NCBI RefSeq assembly: GCF_050920415.1
Contig: NZ_CP169309.1
Origin: Escherichia coli
Lineage (GTDB): Bacteria > Pseudomonadota > Gammaproteobacteria > Enterobacterales > Enterobacteriaceae
Direction: 5' to 3' (one strand)
DNA: 64,000 nucleotides
Shown here piece by piece: positions 10,828-21,541 of the stretch. Numbering within the stretch: the stretch's first letter is position 1; the number at the start of each line of letters is the position of its first letter. Below the pieces are notes generated by a model. It saw only the letters and a list, made by a program, of their open reading frames with translations, was not told where the DNA came from and did not search any database. The translations under genes were made by a program, and so were the position numbers.

Positions 10828-13065
10828 GTGGACTGGCTTCTTGATGTTTTTGCAACCTGGCTCTACGGCTTAAAAGTAATCGCGATAACGTTAGCGGTCA
10901 TCATGTTCATCAGCGGGCTGGACGATTTTTTTATTGATGTCGTCTACTGGGTACGCCGCATTAAACGCAAGTTGAGTGTTTATCGCCGCTACCCGCGAAT
11001 GAGTTACCGCGAACTGTATAAACCAGATGAAAAACCGTTAGCGATTATGGTTCCGGCGTGGAATGAAACGGGCGTCATCGGCAATATGGCCGAGCTGGCG
11101 GCGACCACGCTCGACTATGAAAACTATCATATCTTTGTTGGCACCTACCCCAACGACCCAGATACTCAGCGTGATGTTGACGAAGTGTGCGCTCGCTTCC
11201 CAAACGTGCATAAGGTAGTCTGCGCGCGTCCTGGCCCCACCAGTAAAGCCGACTGCCTGAACAATGTGCTGGACGCCATCACCCAGTTTGAGCGTAGCGC
11301 CAATTTCGCTTTTGCTGGTTTTATTCTGCATGACGCCGAAGACGTAATTTCACCGATGGAATTGCGTCTGTTCAACTATCTGGTCGAGCGTAAAGATCTG
11401 ATTCAGATCCCGGTATACCCATTCGAACGCGAATGGACGCACTTCACCAGCATGACTTACATTGATGAGTTTTCAGAACTGCATGGCAAAGATGTTCCGG
11501 TGCGTGAAGCCCTCGCCGGACAAGTGCCCAGCGCAGGCGTCGGCACCTGTTTCAGCCGCCGCGCCGTGACTGCACTGTTAGCTGACGGTGACGGTATCGC
11601 TTTCGACGTGCAGAGTCTGACTGAAGATTACGACATTGGTTTCCGCCTGAAAGAAAAAGGTATGACGGAAATTTTTGTCCGTTTTCCGGTGGTGGACGAA
11701 GCCAAAGAACGCGAGCAGCGTAAATTTTTACAGCACGCGCGGACATCAAACATGATCTGCGTGCGCGAATATTTCCCCGATACCTTTTCAACGGCGGTTC
11801 GGCAAAAGTCTCGCTGGATTATCGGCATTGTTTTCCAGGGCTTTAAAACCCATAAATGGACCTCCAGCCTGACACTCAACTACTTTCTCTGGCGTGACCG
11901 CAAAGGGGCAATCAGTAACTTTGTCAGCTTCCTCGCGATGCTGGTGATGATCCAGCTTTTGCTGTTGCTGGCGTATGAAAGTTTCTGGCCCGATGCCTGG
12001 CATTTCCTTTCTATTTTTAGCGGCAGCGCATGGTTAATGACCCTGCTGTGGCTAAACTTTGGCCTGATGGTTAACCGTATCGTACAGCGGGTGATTTTCG
12101 TCACTGGCTACTATGGCCTGACGCAGGGGCTGTTATCTGTCCTGCGTCTTTTCTGGGGCAACCTGATTAACTTCATGGCCAACTGGCGCGCGTTAAAACA
12201 GGTACTTCAACACGGCGATCCACGTCGTGTCGCGTGGGATAAAACAACGCATGACTTCCCCAGCGTGACTGGCGATACCCGCTCGTTGCGTCCGTTAGGT
12301 CAAATCCTGCTGGAAAATCAGGTCATCACTGAAGAACAACTCGATACAGCACTGCGTAATCGCGTCGAAGGTCTACGCCTGGGCGGTTCAATGCTGATGC
12401 AGGGGCTGATTAGCGCCGAGCAGCTGGCACAGGCGCTAGCAGAGCAAAACGGCGTGGCGTGGGAGTCCATCGATGCCTGGCAGATCCCTTCTTCGCTGAT
12501 TGCCGCGATGCCGGCCTCCGTGGCGCTGCATTATGCGGTGCTACCGCTGCGTCTGGAAAATGATGAGTTAATTGTCGGCAGTGAAGATGGTATTGACCCG
12601 GTTTCGCTGGCAGCCCTGACGCGTAAAGTCGGACGCAAAGTGCGTTACGTCATTGTTCTGCGTGGACAAATTGTCACGGGGTTACGTCACTGGTATGCAC
12701 GCCGACGCGGTCACGATCCGCGGGCAATGTTGTACAATGCGGTTCAGCATCAGTGGCTCACGGAACAGCAGGCCGGTGAAATCTGGCGGCAATATGTGCC
12801 GCATCAGTTCCTGTTCGCCGAAATACTGACCACGCTCGGTCATATTAATCGTTCAGCAATTAACGTGTTGTTATTGCGCCATGAACGCAGTTCTCTGCCG
12901 CTCGGCAAGTTTTTGGTCACCGAAGGCGTTATCAGCCAGGAAACGTTGGATCGCGTCCTGACAATTCAACGCGAATTACAAGTTTCGATGCAATCACTAT
13001 TACTCAAAGCAGGTTTAAACACAGAACAGGTTGCGCAACTGGAGTCCGAAAATGAAGGAGAATAA
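10828..13065 (+). CDS. nfrB: NfrB, inner-membrane family-2 glycosyltransferase (phage N4 adsorption protein B)
   Basis: 745-aa ORF with GTG start; translation matches E. coli NfrB (MDWLLDVFATWLYGLKVIAITLAV...). Confidence 0.95.
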   Translation: MDWLLDVFATWLYGLKVIAITLAVIMFISGLDDFFIDVVYWVRRIKRKLSVYRRYPRMSYRELYKPDEKPLAIMVPAWNETGVIGNMAELAATTLDYENYHIFVGTYPNDPDTQRDVDEVCARFPNVHKVVCARPGPTSKADCLNNVLDAITQFERSANFAFAGFILHDAEDVISPMELRLFNYLVERKDLIQIPVYPFEREWTHFTSMTYIDEFSELHGKDVPVREALAGQVPSAGVGTCFSRRAVTALLADGDGIAFDVQSLTEDYDIGFRLKEKGMTEIFVRFPVVDEAKEREQRKFLQHARTSNMICVREYFPDTFSTAVRQKSRWIIGIVFQGFKTHKWTSSLTLNYFLWRDRKGAISNFVSFLAMLVMIQLLLLLAYESFWPDAWHFLSIFSGSAWLMTLLWLNFGLMVNRIVQRVIFVTGYYGLTQGLLSVLRLFWGNLINFMANWRALKQVLQHGDPRRVAWDKTTHDFPSVTGDTRSLRPLGQILLENQVITEEQLDTALRNRVEGLRLGGSMLMQGLISAEQLAQALAEQNGVAWESIDAWQIPSSLIAAMPASVALHYAVLPLRLENDELIVGSEDGIDPVSLAALTRKVGRKVRYVIVLRGQIVTGLRHWYARRRGHDPRAMLYNAVQHQWLTEQQAGEIWRQYVPHQFLFAEILTTLGHINRSAINVLLLRHERSSLPLGKFLVTEGVISQETLDRVLTIQRELQVSMQSLLLKAGLNTEQVAQLESENEGE

Positions 13066-16024
13066 CCTTAATCGCGTCATCGGATGGTCTGGTTTACTGC
13101 TGACGTCTTTATTGAGTACCAGCGCACTCGCAGACAATATCGGCACCAGCGCAGAAGAGCTGGGGCTGAGCGATTATCGCCATTTTGTTATTTATCCCCG
13201 TCTCGATAAGGCGCTGAAGGCACAGAAAAATAACGACGAAGCAACCGCCATCCGCGAATTTGAATATATACACCAGCAGGTGCCGGATAATATTCCGCTG
13301 ACTTTATACCTTGCGGAAGCCTATCGCCATTTTGGTCATGATGACCGGGCGCGGCTGTTGCTTGAGGATCAACTGAAACGTCACCCAGGAGATGCCCGAC
13401 TTGAGCGCAGTCTGGCGGCTATTCCAGTTGAAGTGAAAAGCGTTACGACTGTTGAAGAACTGCTTGCCCAGCAAAAAGCGTGCGACGCTGCGCCGACCCT
13501 GCGTTGTCGCAGTGAAGTCGGGCAGAATGCCCTGCGGCTGGCACAATTACCTGTCGCCAGAGCGCAACTGAACGATGCGACGTTTGCTGCATCGCCGGAA
13601 GGAAAAACGCTGCGAACCGATCTGCTGCAACGGGCAATCTACCTCAAGCAGTGGTCGCTGGCAGAAACGTTGTTCAGTGAATCACGGCAACAAAATACAT
13701 TAAACGCAGCTGAGCGCCGTCAGTGGTTTGATGTTCTGCTCGCAGGCCAGCTGGATGATCGGATCCTGGCGCTGCAATCAGAGGGGATCTTCACCGATCC
13801 ACAGTCGTACATTACTTACGCGACCGCGCTGGCTTATCGTGGCGAAAAAGCACGCCTTCAGCGTTATCTCGCTGAAAATAAGCCGCTGTTTACCACGGAC
13901 GCACAAGAGAAAAGTTGGCTCTATCTGTTATCTAAATACAGCGCCAACCCCGTTCAGGCGTTGGCGAATTATACGGTACAGTTTGCCGATAACCGCCAGT
14001 ATGTTGTTGGCGCGACGCTACCGGTGCTGTTAAAAGAAGGTCAGTACGACGCAGCGCAAAAACTGCTTGCCACCCTCCCCGCCAATGAAATGCTTGAGGA
14101 GCGTTATACCGTTAGCGTGGCGACTCATAACAAGGCTGAAGCTCTGCGTCTGGCACGATTGCTGTATCAGCAAGAACCGGCAAATCTTACCCGCCTGGAT
14201 CAACTGACCTGGCAACTGATGCAGAACGAGCAGTCACGCGAAGCTGCCGATTTATTGCTGCAACGCTATCCTTTCCAGGGCGATGCGCGTGTCAGCCAGA
14301 CTTTAATGGCGCGACTGGCGTCTCTGCTGGAAAGTCATCCTTACCTGGCAACTCCGGCGAAGGTGGCGATTTTATCGAAACCCTTACCGCTGGCGGAGCA
14401 ACGTCAGTGGCAAAGTCAGTTGCCGGGTATTGCAGATAATTGCCCGGCAATAGTTCGCTTGCTGGGCGATATGTCGCCTTCCTACGATGCCGCCGCCTGG
14501 AACCGTCTGGCAAAGTGTTATCGGGACACGCTACCCGGTGTGGCGTTGTATGCATGGCTTCAGGCCGAACAACGGCAACCGAACGCCTGGCAACATCGTG
14601 CGGTAGCCTATCAGGCGTATCAGGTTGAGGATTACGCCACCGCACTGGCGGCCTGGCAGAAAATCAGTCTTCACGACATGAGCAATGAGGATCTGCTTGC
14701 TGCTGCCAATACCGCCCAGGCGGCAGGAAATGGTGCGGCTCGCGATCGCTGGCTTCAGCAGGCAGAACAACGTGGGCTGGGAAACAATGCCCTCTACTGG
14801 TGGCTGCATGCGCAACGTTACATTCCTGGTCAGCCGGAACTCGCACTGAACGATCTCACGCGCTCAATCAATATTGCGCCTTCTGCCAACGCTTACGTTG
14901 CGCGGGCGACAATTTATCGCCAACGTCATAATGTCCCGGCGGCGGTGAGTGATTTGCGCGCCGCTCTGGAACTGGAACCGAATAATAGCAACACCCAGGC
15001 AGCGCTCGGTTACGCCTTGTGGGATAGCGGTGATATCGCACAGTCGCGGGAAATGCTCGAACAGGCGCATAAAGGGCTACCGGACGATCCGGCACTTATC
15101 CGACAACTGGCCTACGTGAACCAGCGTCTGGATGATATGCCTGCGACGCAGCACTACGCCCGGCTGGTGATTGATGACATTGATAATCAGGCGCTGATAA
15201 CCCCACTGACCCCAGAGCAAAATCAGCAACGCTTCAATTTCCGCCGTCTGCATGAGGAGGTCGGTCGCCGCTGGACGTTCAGTTTCGATTCTTCTATCGG
15301 CTTGCGTTCCGGCGCAATGAGTACCGCTAACAATAATGTCGGCGGCGCAGCGCCAGGGAAAAGCTATCGTAGCTACGGGCAACTGGAAGCCGAGTACCGC
15401 ATCGGACGCAATATGCTGCTGGAAGGCGACCTGCTCTCGGTTTACAGCCGTGTATTTGCCGATACCGGAGAAAACGGGGTGATGATGCCGGTGAAAAATC
15501 CGATGTCCGGCACCGGTCTGCGCTGGAAGCCGCTGCGCGATCAGATCTTTTTCCTCGCCGTCGAACAGCAGTTGCCGCTGAACGGGCAAAATGGCGCATC
15601 CGATACCATGCTGCGCGCCAGCGCCTCATTCTTTAATGGCGGCAAATACAGCGACGAATGGCACCCGAACGGTTCAGGCTGGTTTGCCCAAAACCTGTAC
15701 CTCGATGCGGCGCAATATGTCCGCCAGGATATTCAGGCGTGGACGGCAGATTATCGCTTAAGCTGGCATCAGAAGGTGGCGAACGGACAGACTATTGAGC
15801 CTTACGCTCACGTTCAGGACAACGGTTATCGTGATAAAGGCACTCAGGGCGCGCAGCTTGGCGGTGTCGGGGTCCGCTGGAATATCTGGACCGGCGAGAC
15901 GCACTACGACGCCTGGCCGCACAAAGTCAGTCTCGGCGTCGAATATCAACATACCTTTAAGGCGATTAATCAACGTAACGGAGAGCGCAACAACGCGTTT
16001 CTCACCATTGGAGTGCACTGGTAA
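13052..16024 (+). CDS. nfrA: NfrA, outer-membrane TPR/beta-barrel protein (phage N4 adsorption protein A)
   Basis: Start chosen at MKENNLNRVIGWSGLLL (signal peptide), overlapping the nfrB stop; 990 aa; matches NfrA. Confidence 0.95.
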   Translation: MKENNLNRVIGWSGLLLTSLLSTSALADNIGTSAEELGLSDYRHFVIYPRLDKALKAQKNNDEATAIREFEYIHQQVPDNIPLTLYLAEAYRHFGHDDRARLLLEDQLKRHPGDARLERSLAAIPVEVKSVTTVEELLAQQKACDAAPTLRCRSEVGQNALRLAQLPVARAQLNDATFAASPEGKTLRTDLLQRAIYLKQWSLAETLFSESRQQNTLNAAERRQWFDVLLAGQLDDRILALQSEGIFTDPQSYITYATALAYRGEKARLQRYLAENKPLFTTDAQEKSWLYLLSKYSANPVQALANYTVQFADNRQYVVGATLPVLLKEGQYDAAQKLLATLPANEMLEERYTVSVATHNKAEALRLARLLYQQEPANLTRLDQLTWQLMQNEQSREAADLLLQRYPFQGDARVSQTLMARLASLLESHPYLATPAKVAILSKPLPLAEQRQWQSQLPGIADNCPAIVRLLGDMSPSYDAAAWNRLAKCYRDTLPGVALYAWLQAEQRQPNAWQHRAVAYQAYQVEDYATALAAWQKISLHDMSNEDLLAAANTAQAAGNGAARDRWLQQAEQRGLGNNALYWWLHAQRYIPGQPELALNDLTRSINIAPSANAYVARATIYRQRHNVPAAVSDLRAALELEPNNSNTQAALGYALWDSGDIAQSREMLEQAHKGLPDDPALIRQLAYVNQRLDDMPATQHYARLVIDDIDNQALITPLTPEQNQQRFNFRRLHEEVGRRWTFSFDSSIGLRSGAMSTANNNVGGAAPGKSYRSYGQLEAEYRIGRNMLLEGDLLSVYSRVFADTGENGVMMPVKNPMSGTGLRWKPLRDQIFFLAVEQQLPLNGQNGASDTMLRASASFFNGGKYSDEWHPNGSGWFAQNLYLDAAQYVRQDIQAWTADYRLSWHQKVANGQTIEPYAHVQDNGYRDKGTQGAQLGGVGVRWNIWTGETHYDAWPHKVSLGVEYQHTFKAINQRNGERNNAFLTIGVHW

Positions 16025-16915
16025 ATGCGTAAGTTCATTTTCGTATTGCTGACACTGCTTTTGGTCAGCCCTTTTTCCTTTGCGATGAAAGGTATTATCT
16101 GGCAACCACAAAACCGTGATAGTCAGGTTACCGATACCCAGTGGCAGGGGCTGATGAGTCAGTTACGTTTGCAAGGCTTCGATACCCTGGTTTTGCAATG
16201 GACCCGTTACGGCGATGCATTCACCCAGCCAGAACAGCGCGCATTATTGTTTAAGCGTGCCGCAGCTGCGCAACAGGCTGGCCTGAAGCTGATTGTCGGA
16301 CTGAACGCCGATCCGGAATTTTTTCTGCATCAGAAACAATCATCCGCGGCGCTGGAAAGCTATCTTAATCGCCTGCTGGCAGCCGATCTCCAGCAAGCCA
16401 GATTATGGAGCGCTGCGCCTGGCGTAACGCCGGATGGCTGGTACATCAGCGCGGAAATTGACGACCTGAACTGGCGCAGCGAAGCCGCCCGTCAGCCTTT
16501 GCTAACATGGTTAAACAACGCGCAGCGGTTGATTAGCGATGTTTCGGCAAAACCGGTTTATATCAGTAGTTTTTTCGCCGGAAATATGTCGCCCGATGGC
16601 TATCGCCAACTGCTGGAACACGTTAAAGCAACCGGCGTTAATGTCTGGGTACAGGATGGCAGCGGCGTTGATAAACTCACCGCTGAACAGCGTGAACGTT
16701 ATCTACAGGCCAGCGCCGATTGCCAAAGCTCCGCCCCAGCAAGCGGCATTGTTTATGAACTGTTTGTCGCCGGTAAAGGCAAAACCTTTACAGCGAAACC
16801 GAAACCGGATGCTGAGATCGCCTCGCTGTTAGCGAAACGTTCCTCTTGCGGTAAAGACACGCTCTATTTCTCTCTGCGCTATTTGCCCGTCGCACACGGC
16901 ATTCTCGAGTATTAA
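16025..16915 (+). CDS. ybcH: YbcH, periplasmic protein of the nfr locus
   Basis: 296-aa ORF with signal peptide, ATG immediately after the nfrA stop; position and length as ybcH. Confidence 0.9.
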   Translation: MRKFIFVLLTLLLVSPFSFAMKGIIWQPQNRDSQVTDTQWQGLMSQLRLQGFDTLVLQWTRYGDAFTQPEQRALLFKRAAAAQQAGLKLIVGLNADPEFFLHQKQSSAALESYLNRLLAADLQQARLWSAAPGVTPDGWYISAEIDDLNWRSEAARQPLLTWLNNAQRLISDVSAKPVYISSFFAGNMSPDGYRQLLEHVKATGVNVWVQDGSGVDKLTAEQRERYLQASADCQSSAPASGIVYELFVAGKGKTFTAKPKPDAEIASLLAKRSSCGKDTLYFSLRYLPVAHGILEY

Positions 16916-17097
16916 ATCCCCTCCAGGTAAGTCGGGTACGACCTGACTTACCACTTTCGCTCTCGTCAGAATTCCATCAAGATTAATTGCTAAAAAGCGT
17001 GCTAAAGAAAGAAGATCGTTATCGGCGAACGGGCCGATCACTCATGCAGGAAGCATAGATCCTTTGAGCGGAGTTTCTGATATCTGAGGAGTGCGAA

Positions 17098-17859
17098 ATG
17101 CAATTGAGCAGCAGTGAACCTTGCGTGGTGATCCTGACCGAAAAAGAAGTAGAGGTAAGCGTCAATAACCATGCCACGTTTACCCTTCCGAAAAACTACC
17201 TGGCCGCCTTCGCGTGCAACAATAACGTCATTGAACTCTCAACGTTAAATCACGTATTAATCACCCACATCAACCGTAACATCATCAACGATTATCTGTT
17301 GTTTTTAAATAAGAACTTAACCTGTGTAAAGCCCTGGTCGCGGCTGGCAACCCCGGTTATCGCTTGTCATAGCCGTACACCGGAAGTGTTCCGGCTAGCC
17401 GCCAACCACAGCAAGCAGCAACCCAGCAAACCCTGCGAAGCGGAGTTGACGCGCGCATTGCTTTTTACCGTATTGTCTAACTTTCTTGAGCAATCGCGGT
17501 TTATTGCCCTACTGATGTATATCTTACGCAGCAGCGTCCGCGACAGCGTCTGCCGCATTATTCAAAGCGATATTCAGCATTACTGGAATCTGCGAATTGT
17601 CGCCAGTTCGCTCTGTTTAAGCCCCAGCCTGCTCAAAAAGAAATTAAAAAACGAAAATACCAGCTATAGCCAGATTGTCACAGAGTGTCGTATGCGTTAC
17701 GCCGTACAGATGTTATTGATGGATAACAAAAATATCACTCAGGTAGCGCAATTATGTGGCTATAGCAGCACGTCGTACTTTATCTCTGTTTTTAAGGCGT
17801 TTTACGGCCTGACACCGTTGAATTATCTCGCCAAACAGCGACAAAAAGTGATGTGGTGA
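17098..17859 (+). CDS. envY: AraC-family transcriptional regulator EnvY
   Basis: 253-aa ORF; C-terminal AraC-type HTH (QVAQLCGYSSTSYFISVFKAFYGLTP); matches EnvY. Confidence 0.93.
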   Translation: MQLSSSEPCVVILTEKEVEVSVNNHATFTLPKNYLAAFACNNNVIELSTLNHVLITHINRNIINDYLLFLNKNLTCVKPWSRLATPVIACHSRTPEVFRLAANHSKQQPSKPCEAELTRALLFTVLSNFLEQSRFIALLMYILRSSVRDSVCRIIQSDIQHYWNLRIVASSLCLSPSLLKKKLKNENTSYSQIVTECRMRYAVQMLLMDNKNITQVAQLCGYSSTSYFISVFKAFYGLTPLNYLAKQRQKVMW

Positions 17860-17904
17860 AGGGCAAAGCGGAAACAGATAAGACTGGCATAAATGAAGAA
17901 GAAA

Positions 17905-17949
17905 TGGCGCGCCCTGCAGGATTCGAACCTGCGGCCCACGACTTAGAAG
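17905..17949 (-). other. 45-nt 3' fragment of tRNA-Arg (argU): prophage attachment-site core (distal att)
   Basis: TGGCGCGCCCTGCAGGATTCGAACCTGCGGCCCACGACTTAGAAG is the reverse complement of the argU 3' end (T-arm, acceptor stem, CCA); identity stops after the anticodon-stem region, so it is a fragment, not a gene. Confidence 0.85.
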
Positions 17950-18371
17950 TTCCTAGAACGACATTTTAAGTCAACAAATTACCGCGCCATCTCTGCGCTC
18001 ACACGTCCCACTACCTCAAAACATGTAAAGCCTTGCAAGCCATTGTGAGGCCTTATGTGTCTCAGTTTTGTCCCTCTTTTTTGTACTAAAAAACATAGCA
18101 ATTGAGGATAAACCTCATGCTATTTTCGCTTATATGCCTTTAAAGGCATGGCGTTTAAATAGATAAAAACACCACAAAAGCATAAAAAACCACACAGTAA
18201 AACCGCAACATAAAACAATAACAGATAATTAAACCAAAAACAGATAGCGCATTGTGATAATCATTCAATACTAAACAAAATATAAACAGTGGAGCAATAT
18301 GTGATTGACTCATTAAGTTAGATATAAAAAATACATATTCAATCATTAAAACGATTGAATGGAGAACTTTT

Positions 18372-19325
18372 ATGCGGGCGAAACTTCTGGGAATAGTTCT
18401 GACAACCCCTATTGCGATCAGCTCTTTTGCTTCTACCGAGACTATATCGTTTACTCCTGACAACATAAATGCGGACATTAGTCTTGGAACTCTGAGCGGA
18501 AAAACAAAAGAGCGCGTTTATCTAGCTGAAGAAGGAGGCCGAAAAGTCAGTCAACTCGACTGGAAATTCAATAACGCTGCAATTATTAAAGGTGCAATTA
18601 ATTGGGATTTGATGCCCCAGATATCTATTGGGGCTGCGGGCTGGACTACTCTCGGCAGCCGAGGTGGCAATATGGTCGATCAGGACTGGATGGATTCCAG
18701 TAACCCCGGAACCTGGACAGATGAAAGTAGGCACCCTGATACACAACTCAATTATGCCAACGAATTTGATCTGAATATCAAAGGCTGGCTCCTCAACGAA
18801 CCCAATTACCGCCTGGGACTCATGGCCGGATATCAGGAAAGCCGTTATAGCTTTACAGCCAGAGGTGGTTCCTATATCTACAGTTCTGAGGAGGGATTCA
18901 GAGATGATATCGGCTCCTTCCCGAATGGAGAAAGAGCAATCGGCTACAAACAACGTTTTAAAATGCCCTACATTGGCTTGACTGGAAGTTATCGTTATGA
19001 AGATTTTGAGCTAGGTGGCACATTTAAATACAGCGGCTGGGTGGAAGCATCTGATAACGATGAGCACTATGACCCAGGAAAAAGAATCACTTATCGCAGT
19101 AAAGTCAAAGACCAAAATTACTATTCTGTTGCAGTCAATGCAGGTTATTACGTAACACCTAACGCAAAAGTTTATGTTGAAGGCGCATGGAATCGGGTTA
19201 CGAATAAAAAAGGTAATACTTCACTTTATGATCACAATGATAACACTTCAGACTACAGCAAAAATGGTGCAGGCATAGAAAACTATAACTTCATCACTAC
19301 TGCTGGTCTTAAGTACACCTTTTAA
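18372..19325 (+). CDS. ompT: Outer-membrane protease OmpT (omptin)
   Basis: 317-aa ORF matching OmpT (MRAKLLGIVLTTPIAISSFASTE...); lies between the att fragment and the tail-fibre remnants, i.e. inside the prophage. Confidence 0.96.
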   Translation: MRAKLLGIVLTTPIAISSFASTETISFTPDNINADISLGTLSGKTKERVYLAEEGGRKVSQLDWKFNNAAIIKGAINWDLMPQISIGAAGWTTLGSRGGNMVDQDWMDSSNPGTWTDESRHPDTQLNYANEFDLNIKGWLLNEPNYRLGLMAGYQESRYSFTARGGSYIYSSEEGFRDDIGSFPNGERAIGYKQRFKMPYIGLTGSYRYEDFELGGTFKYSGWVEASDNDEHYDPGKRITYRSKVKDQNYYSVAVNAGYYVTPNAKVYVEGAWNRVTNKKGNTSLYDHNDNTSDYSKNGAGIENYNFITTAGLKYTF

Positions 19326-19344
19326 CGAAGTTAACCAGATTTTC

Positions 19345-19381
19345 TCCCCGGTGGTATTGTATAACCCCGGGGAATTTGTTT
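19345..19381 (+). terminator. Intrinsic terminator after ompT
   Basis: Stem TCCCCGG / CCGGGGA with 16-nt loop followed by ATTTGTTT, 20 nt after the ompT stop. Confidence 0.55.
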
Positions 19382-19511
19382 ACAGTTACAAGTAGGCAAT
19401 ATCCACTAATTTTGTAAGCATTTAACCTATGTCATAACGTGTAATCTCTTACCGCAACACAAGACCTCAATATATTCAAATCTTATCTTTATTCCGATAT
19501 TCAGAGACACA

Positions 19512-20996
19512 ATGCGAAAAATAATCACTCATTTCAAAGTTGTTTTAACGTTACTTCTACCAGTAACCGTATCTGCCCAGCAGATACAGTGGCAATCCTG
19601 TATGGCCAGTCAATTCAACCACTGGTTTGGTGAGGAAAAACCGTCTCCTGACTTACTATGTGGTTATTTGTCTGTTCCATTAAAATATACAGACACAGGC
19701 GGAGATGCTTCTTATGAAAAAAAATCACAAGTCAAACTAGCGTTGACAAAATTGCCGGCAAAAAGCAAGCATAAAGGAAGTATCCTGATAATAAGTGGTG
19801 GTCCCGGGTTACCAGGCATAAATCCTTATATTAACTTTGACTGGCCAGTCACAAATCTTCGTGAGTCATGGGATATTATTGGATTTGATCCTCGAGGCGT
19901 CGGACAGTCCACTCCGACAATAAACTGCCGGCAATCAGATACAGAGACTCAGGAAAACATAACCGAAAAGCAACAAGTATTAAATAAAATTAATGCCTGT
20001 ATCCATAATACCGGAGCCGAAGTCATTCGCCATATCGGCTCTAACGAGGCTGTATACGATATTGATCGTATTAGGCAAGCCTTGGGGGATAAACAACTGA
20101 CAGCCGTGGCGTATTCGTATGGAACTCAAATTGCAGCCTTATATGCAGAACGTTTTCCCTACAACGTAAGATCTATCGTTCTTGATGGAGTCGTCGATAT
20201 CGATGACCTGGAGGACAACTTCACATGGCAACTCAAACAGGCACAGAGTTATCAGGAAACGTTTGATCGCTTTGCATCCTGGTGTGCGCGTACAAAAAGT
20301 TGCCCGCTTTCTTCAGACAGAGATAAGGCAATAACTCAGTTCCATGAGCTATTATCAAAATTACATCACAAACCTTTATTAGACAGTAAGGGAGAAAATA
20401 TATCTTCAGATGAACTCATATCATTAACAACAGACCTTCTGCTATGGCGTTCATCATGGCCAACCCTTGCAACTGCCATACGCCAGTTCTCTCAGGGGAT
20501 TGTCAGTAATGAAATTGAAACTGCGCTCAGTGCTCCGATAGCCTCAGAAGAGTCAAGCGATGCTTCGGGGGTAATCCTCTGTGTAGATCAGGGGGATGAG
20601 CAATTAACACCAGAAGAGCGAAAATCCCGAAAAGACGCTCTTGCGAATGCCTTCCCGGCTATTAACTTTGACAATGGACGTTCCGATTCACCTGATTTTT
20701 GTGAATTATGGCCAATACATAGCGACCTGAACAAAACTCGCCTGAAAAATACTGTTCTGCCCTCTGGTTTACTGTTTGTAGCACACAAATACGACCCAAC
20801 AACGCCCTGGATTAATGCCCGTAAGATGGCAGAGAAATTTTCCAGCCCGTTACTAACAATAAATGGTGATGGGCATACATTAGCTCTCACCGGAGTTAAT
20901 TTATGTGTAGATAAAGCAGTTGTACATTACCTGATCACTCCACAAAAAATAGAAAATATATACTGCCCAGGAAATTCTGAAGCAGAAATACAATAA
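19512..20996 (+). CDS. Secreted alpha/beta-hydrolase, TAP-like / S33 peptidase-like
   Basis: 494-aa ORF with signal peptide, GGPG motif (ISGGPGLPG) and nucleophile elbow AYSYGT; occupies the position where K-12 DLP12 carries appY. Confidence 0.6.
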   Translation: MRKIITHFKVVLTLLLPVTVSAQQIQWQSCMASQFNHWFGEEKPSPDLLCGYLSVPLKYTDTGGDASYEKKSQVKLALTKLPAKSKHKGSILIISGGPGLPGINPYINFDWPVTNLRESWDIIGFDPRGVGQSTPTINCRQSDTETQENITEKQQVLNKINACIHNTGAEVIRHIGSNEAVYDIDRIRQALGDKQLTAVAYSYGTQIAALYAERFPYNVRSIVLDGVVDIDDLEDNFTWQLKQAQSYQETFDRFASWCARTKSCPLSSDRDKAITQFHELLSKLHHKPLLDSKGENISSDELISLTTDLLLWRSSWPTLATAIRQFSQGIVSNEIETALSAPIASEESSDASGVILCVDQGDEQLTPEERKSRKDALANAFPAINFDNGRSDSPDFCELWPIHSDLNKTRLKNTVLPSGLLFVAHKYDPTTPWINARKMAEKFSSPLLTINGDGHTLALTGVNLCVDKAVVHYLITPQKIENIYCPGNSEAEIQ

Positions 20997-21018
20997 TTTC
21001 AAAATATTCCGCTATTTG

Positions 21019-21066
21019 CTCCCAATGCAAAACATATATTGCATTGGGAGCATATTCATATTTTTG
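21019..21066 (+). terminator. Candidate intrinsic terminator after the hydrolase gene
   Basis: Perfect 12-bp stem CTCCCAATGCAA / TTGCATTGGGAG with 8-nt loop, T-run 10 nt downstream. Confidence 0.4.
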
Positions 21067-21179
21067 TTATTATTGTATGAAATCGTCTCATGTACACGGT
21101 CCTTTTTTCGCCGAAAACTGATATTACTTTAATCAAAAGTTGACGTGCCAGATTCGAAGTAAATTTATAAAATATCAAA

Positions 21180-21485
21180 TCAATATACATTTTGCACCTT
21201 CGAGATAGTAATGACTGTTACTGTAACATGAGTTACAAACAGCTTCATACCCAGAGCTACTGATGTATCAACTCGATTCAACAATACCCGATATTTATTC
21301 CATGCCTCCAGCAACGATCTTTCTTCCTCCGTTGCGATTTCCAGATCTACAGCATCCTGCAGTGGCGCAATATACTCACTGAATTCCTGGATGTAGAACT
21401 GTGTGGTGACGGTCTTCCAGCCATTCGGCTCCTGCTGTATCGAAGCATACCAGGCTATTTCAATATCGCTATGCTGCGGCAGCAT
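21180..21485 (-). pseudogene. tfaX: Tail fibre assembly protein remnant (tfaX-like, C-terminal part only)
   Basis: 101-aa ORF whose middle ([38 protein letters not shown]) matches the C-terminus of the intact Tfa at 23996-24571; N-terminus unrelated. Confidence 0.7.
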
Positions 21486-21541
21486 TTAACCCCTTGTAAT
21501 TCATCGCCATAATTGATTTAATTCACAAATAAAACTATAAC

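Noticed and set aside
18155-18478. 107-aa minus-strand ORF overlapping the ompT start
   Set aside because: Lies in the AT-rich ompT promoter/leader and overlaps the ompT signal-peptide coding region on the opposite strand; low-complexity translation.
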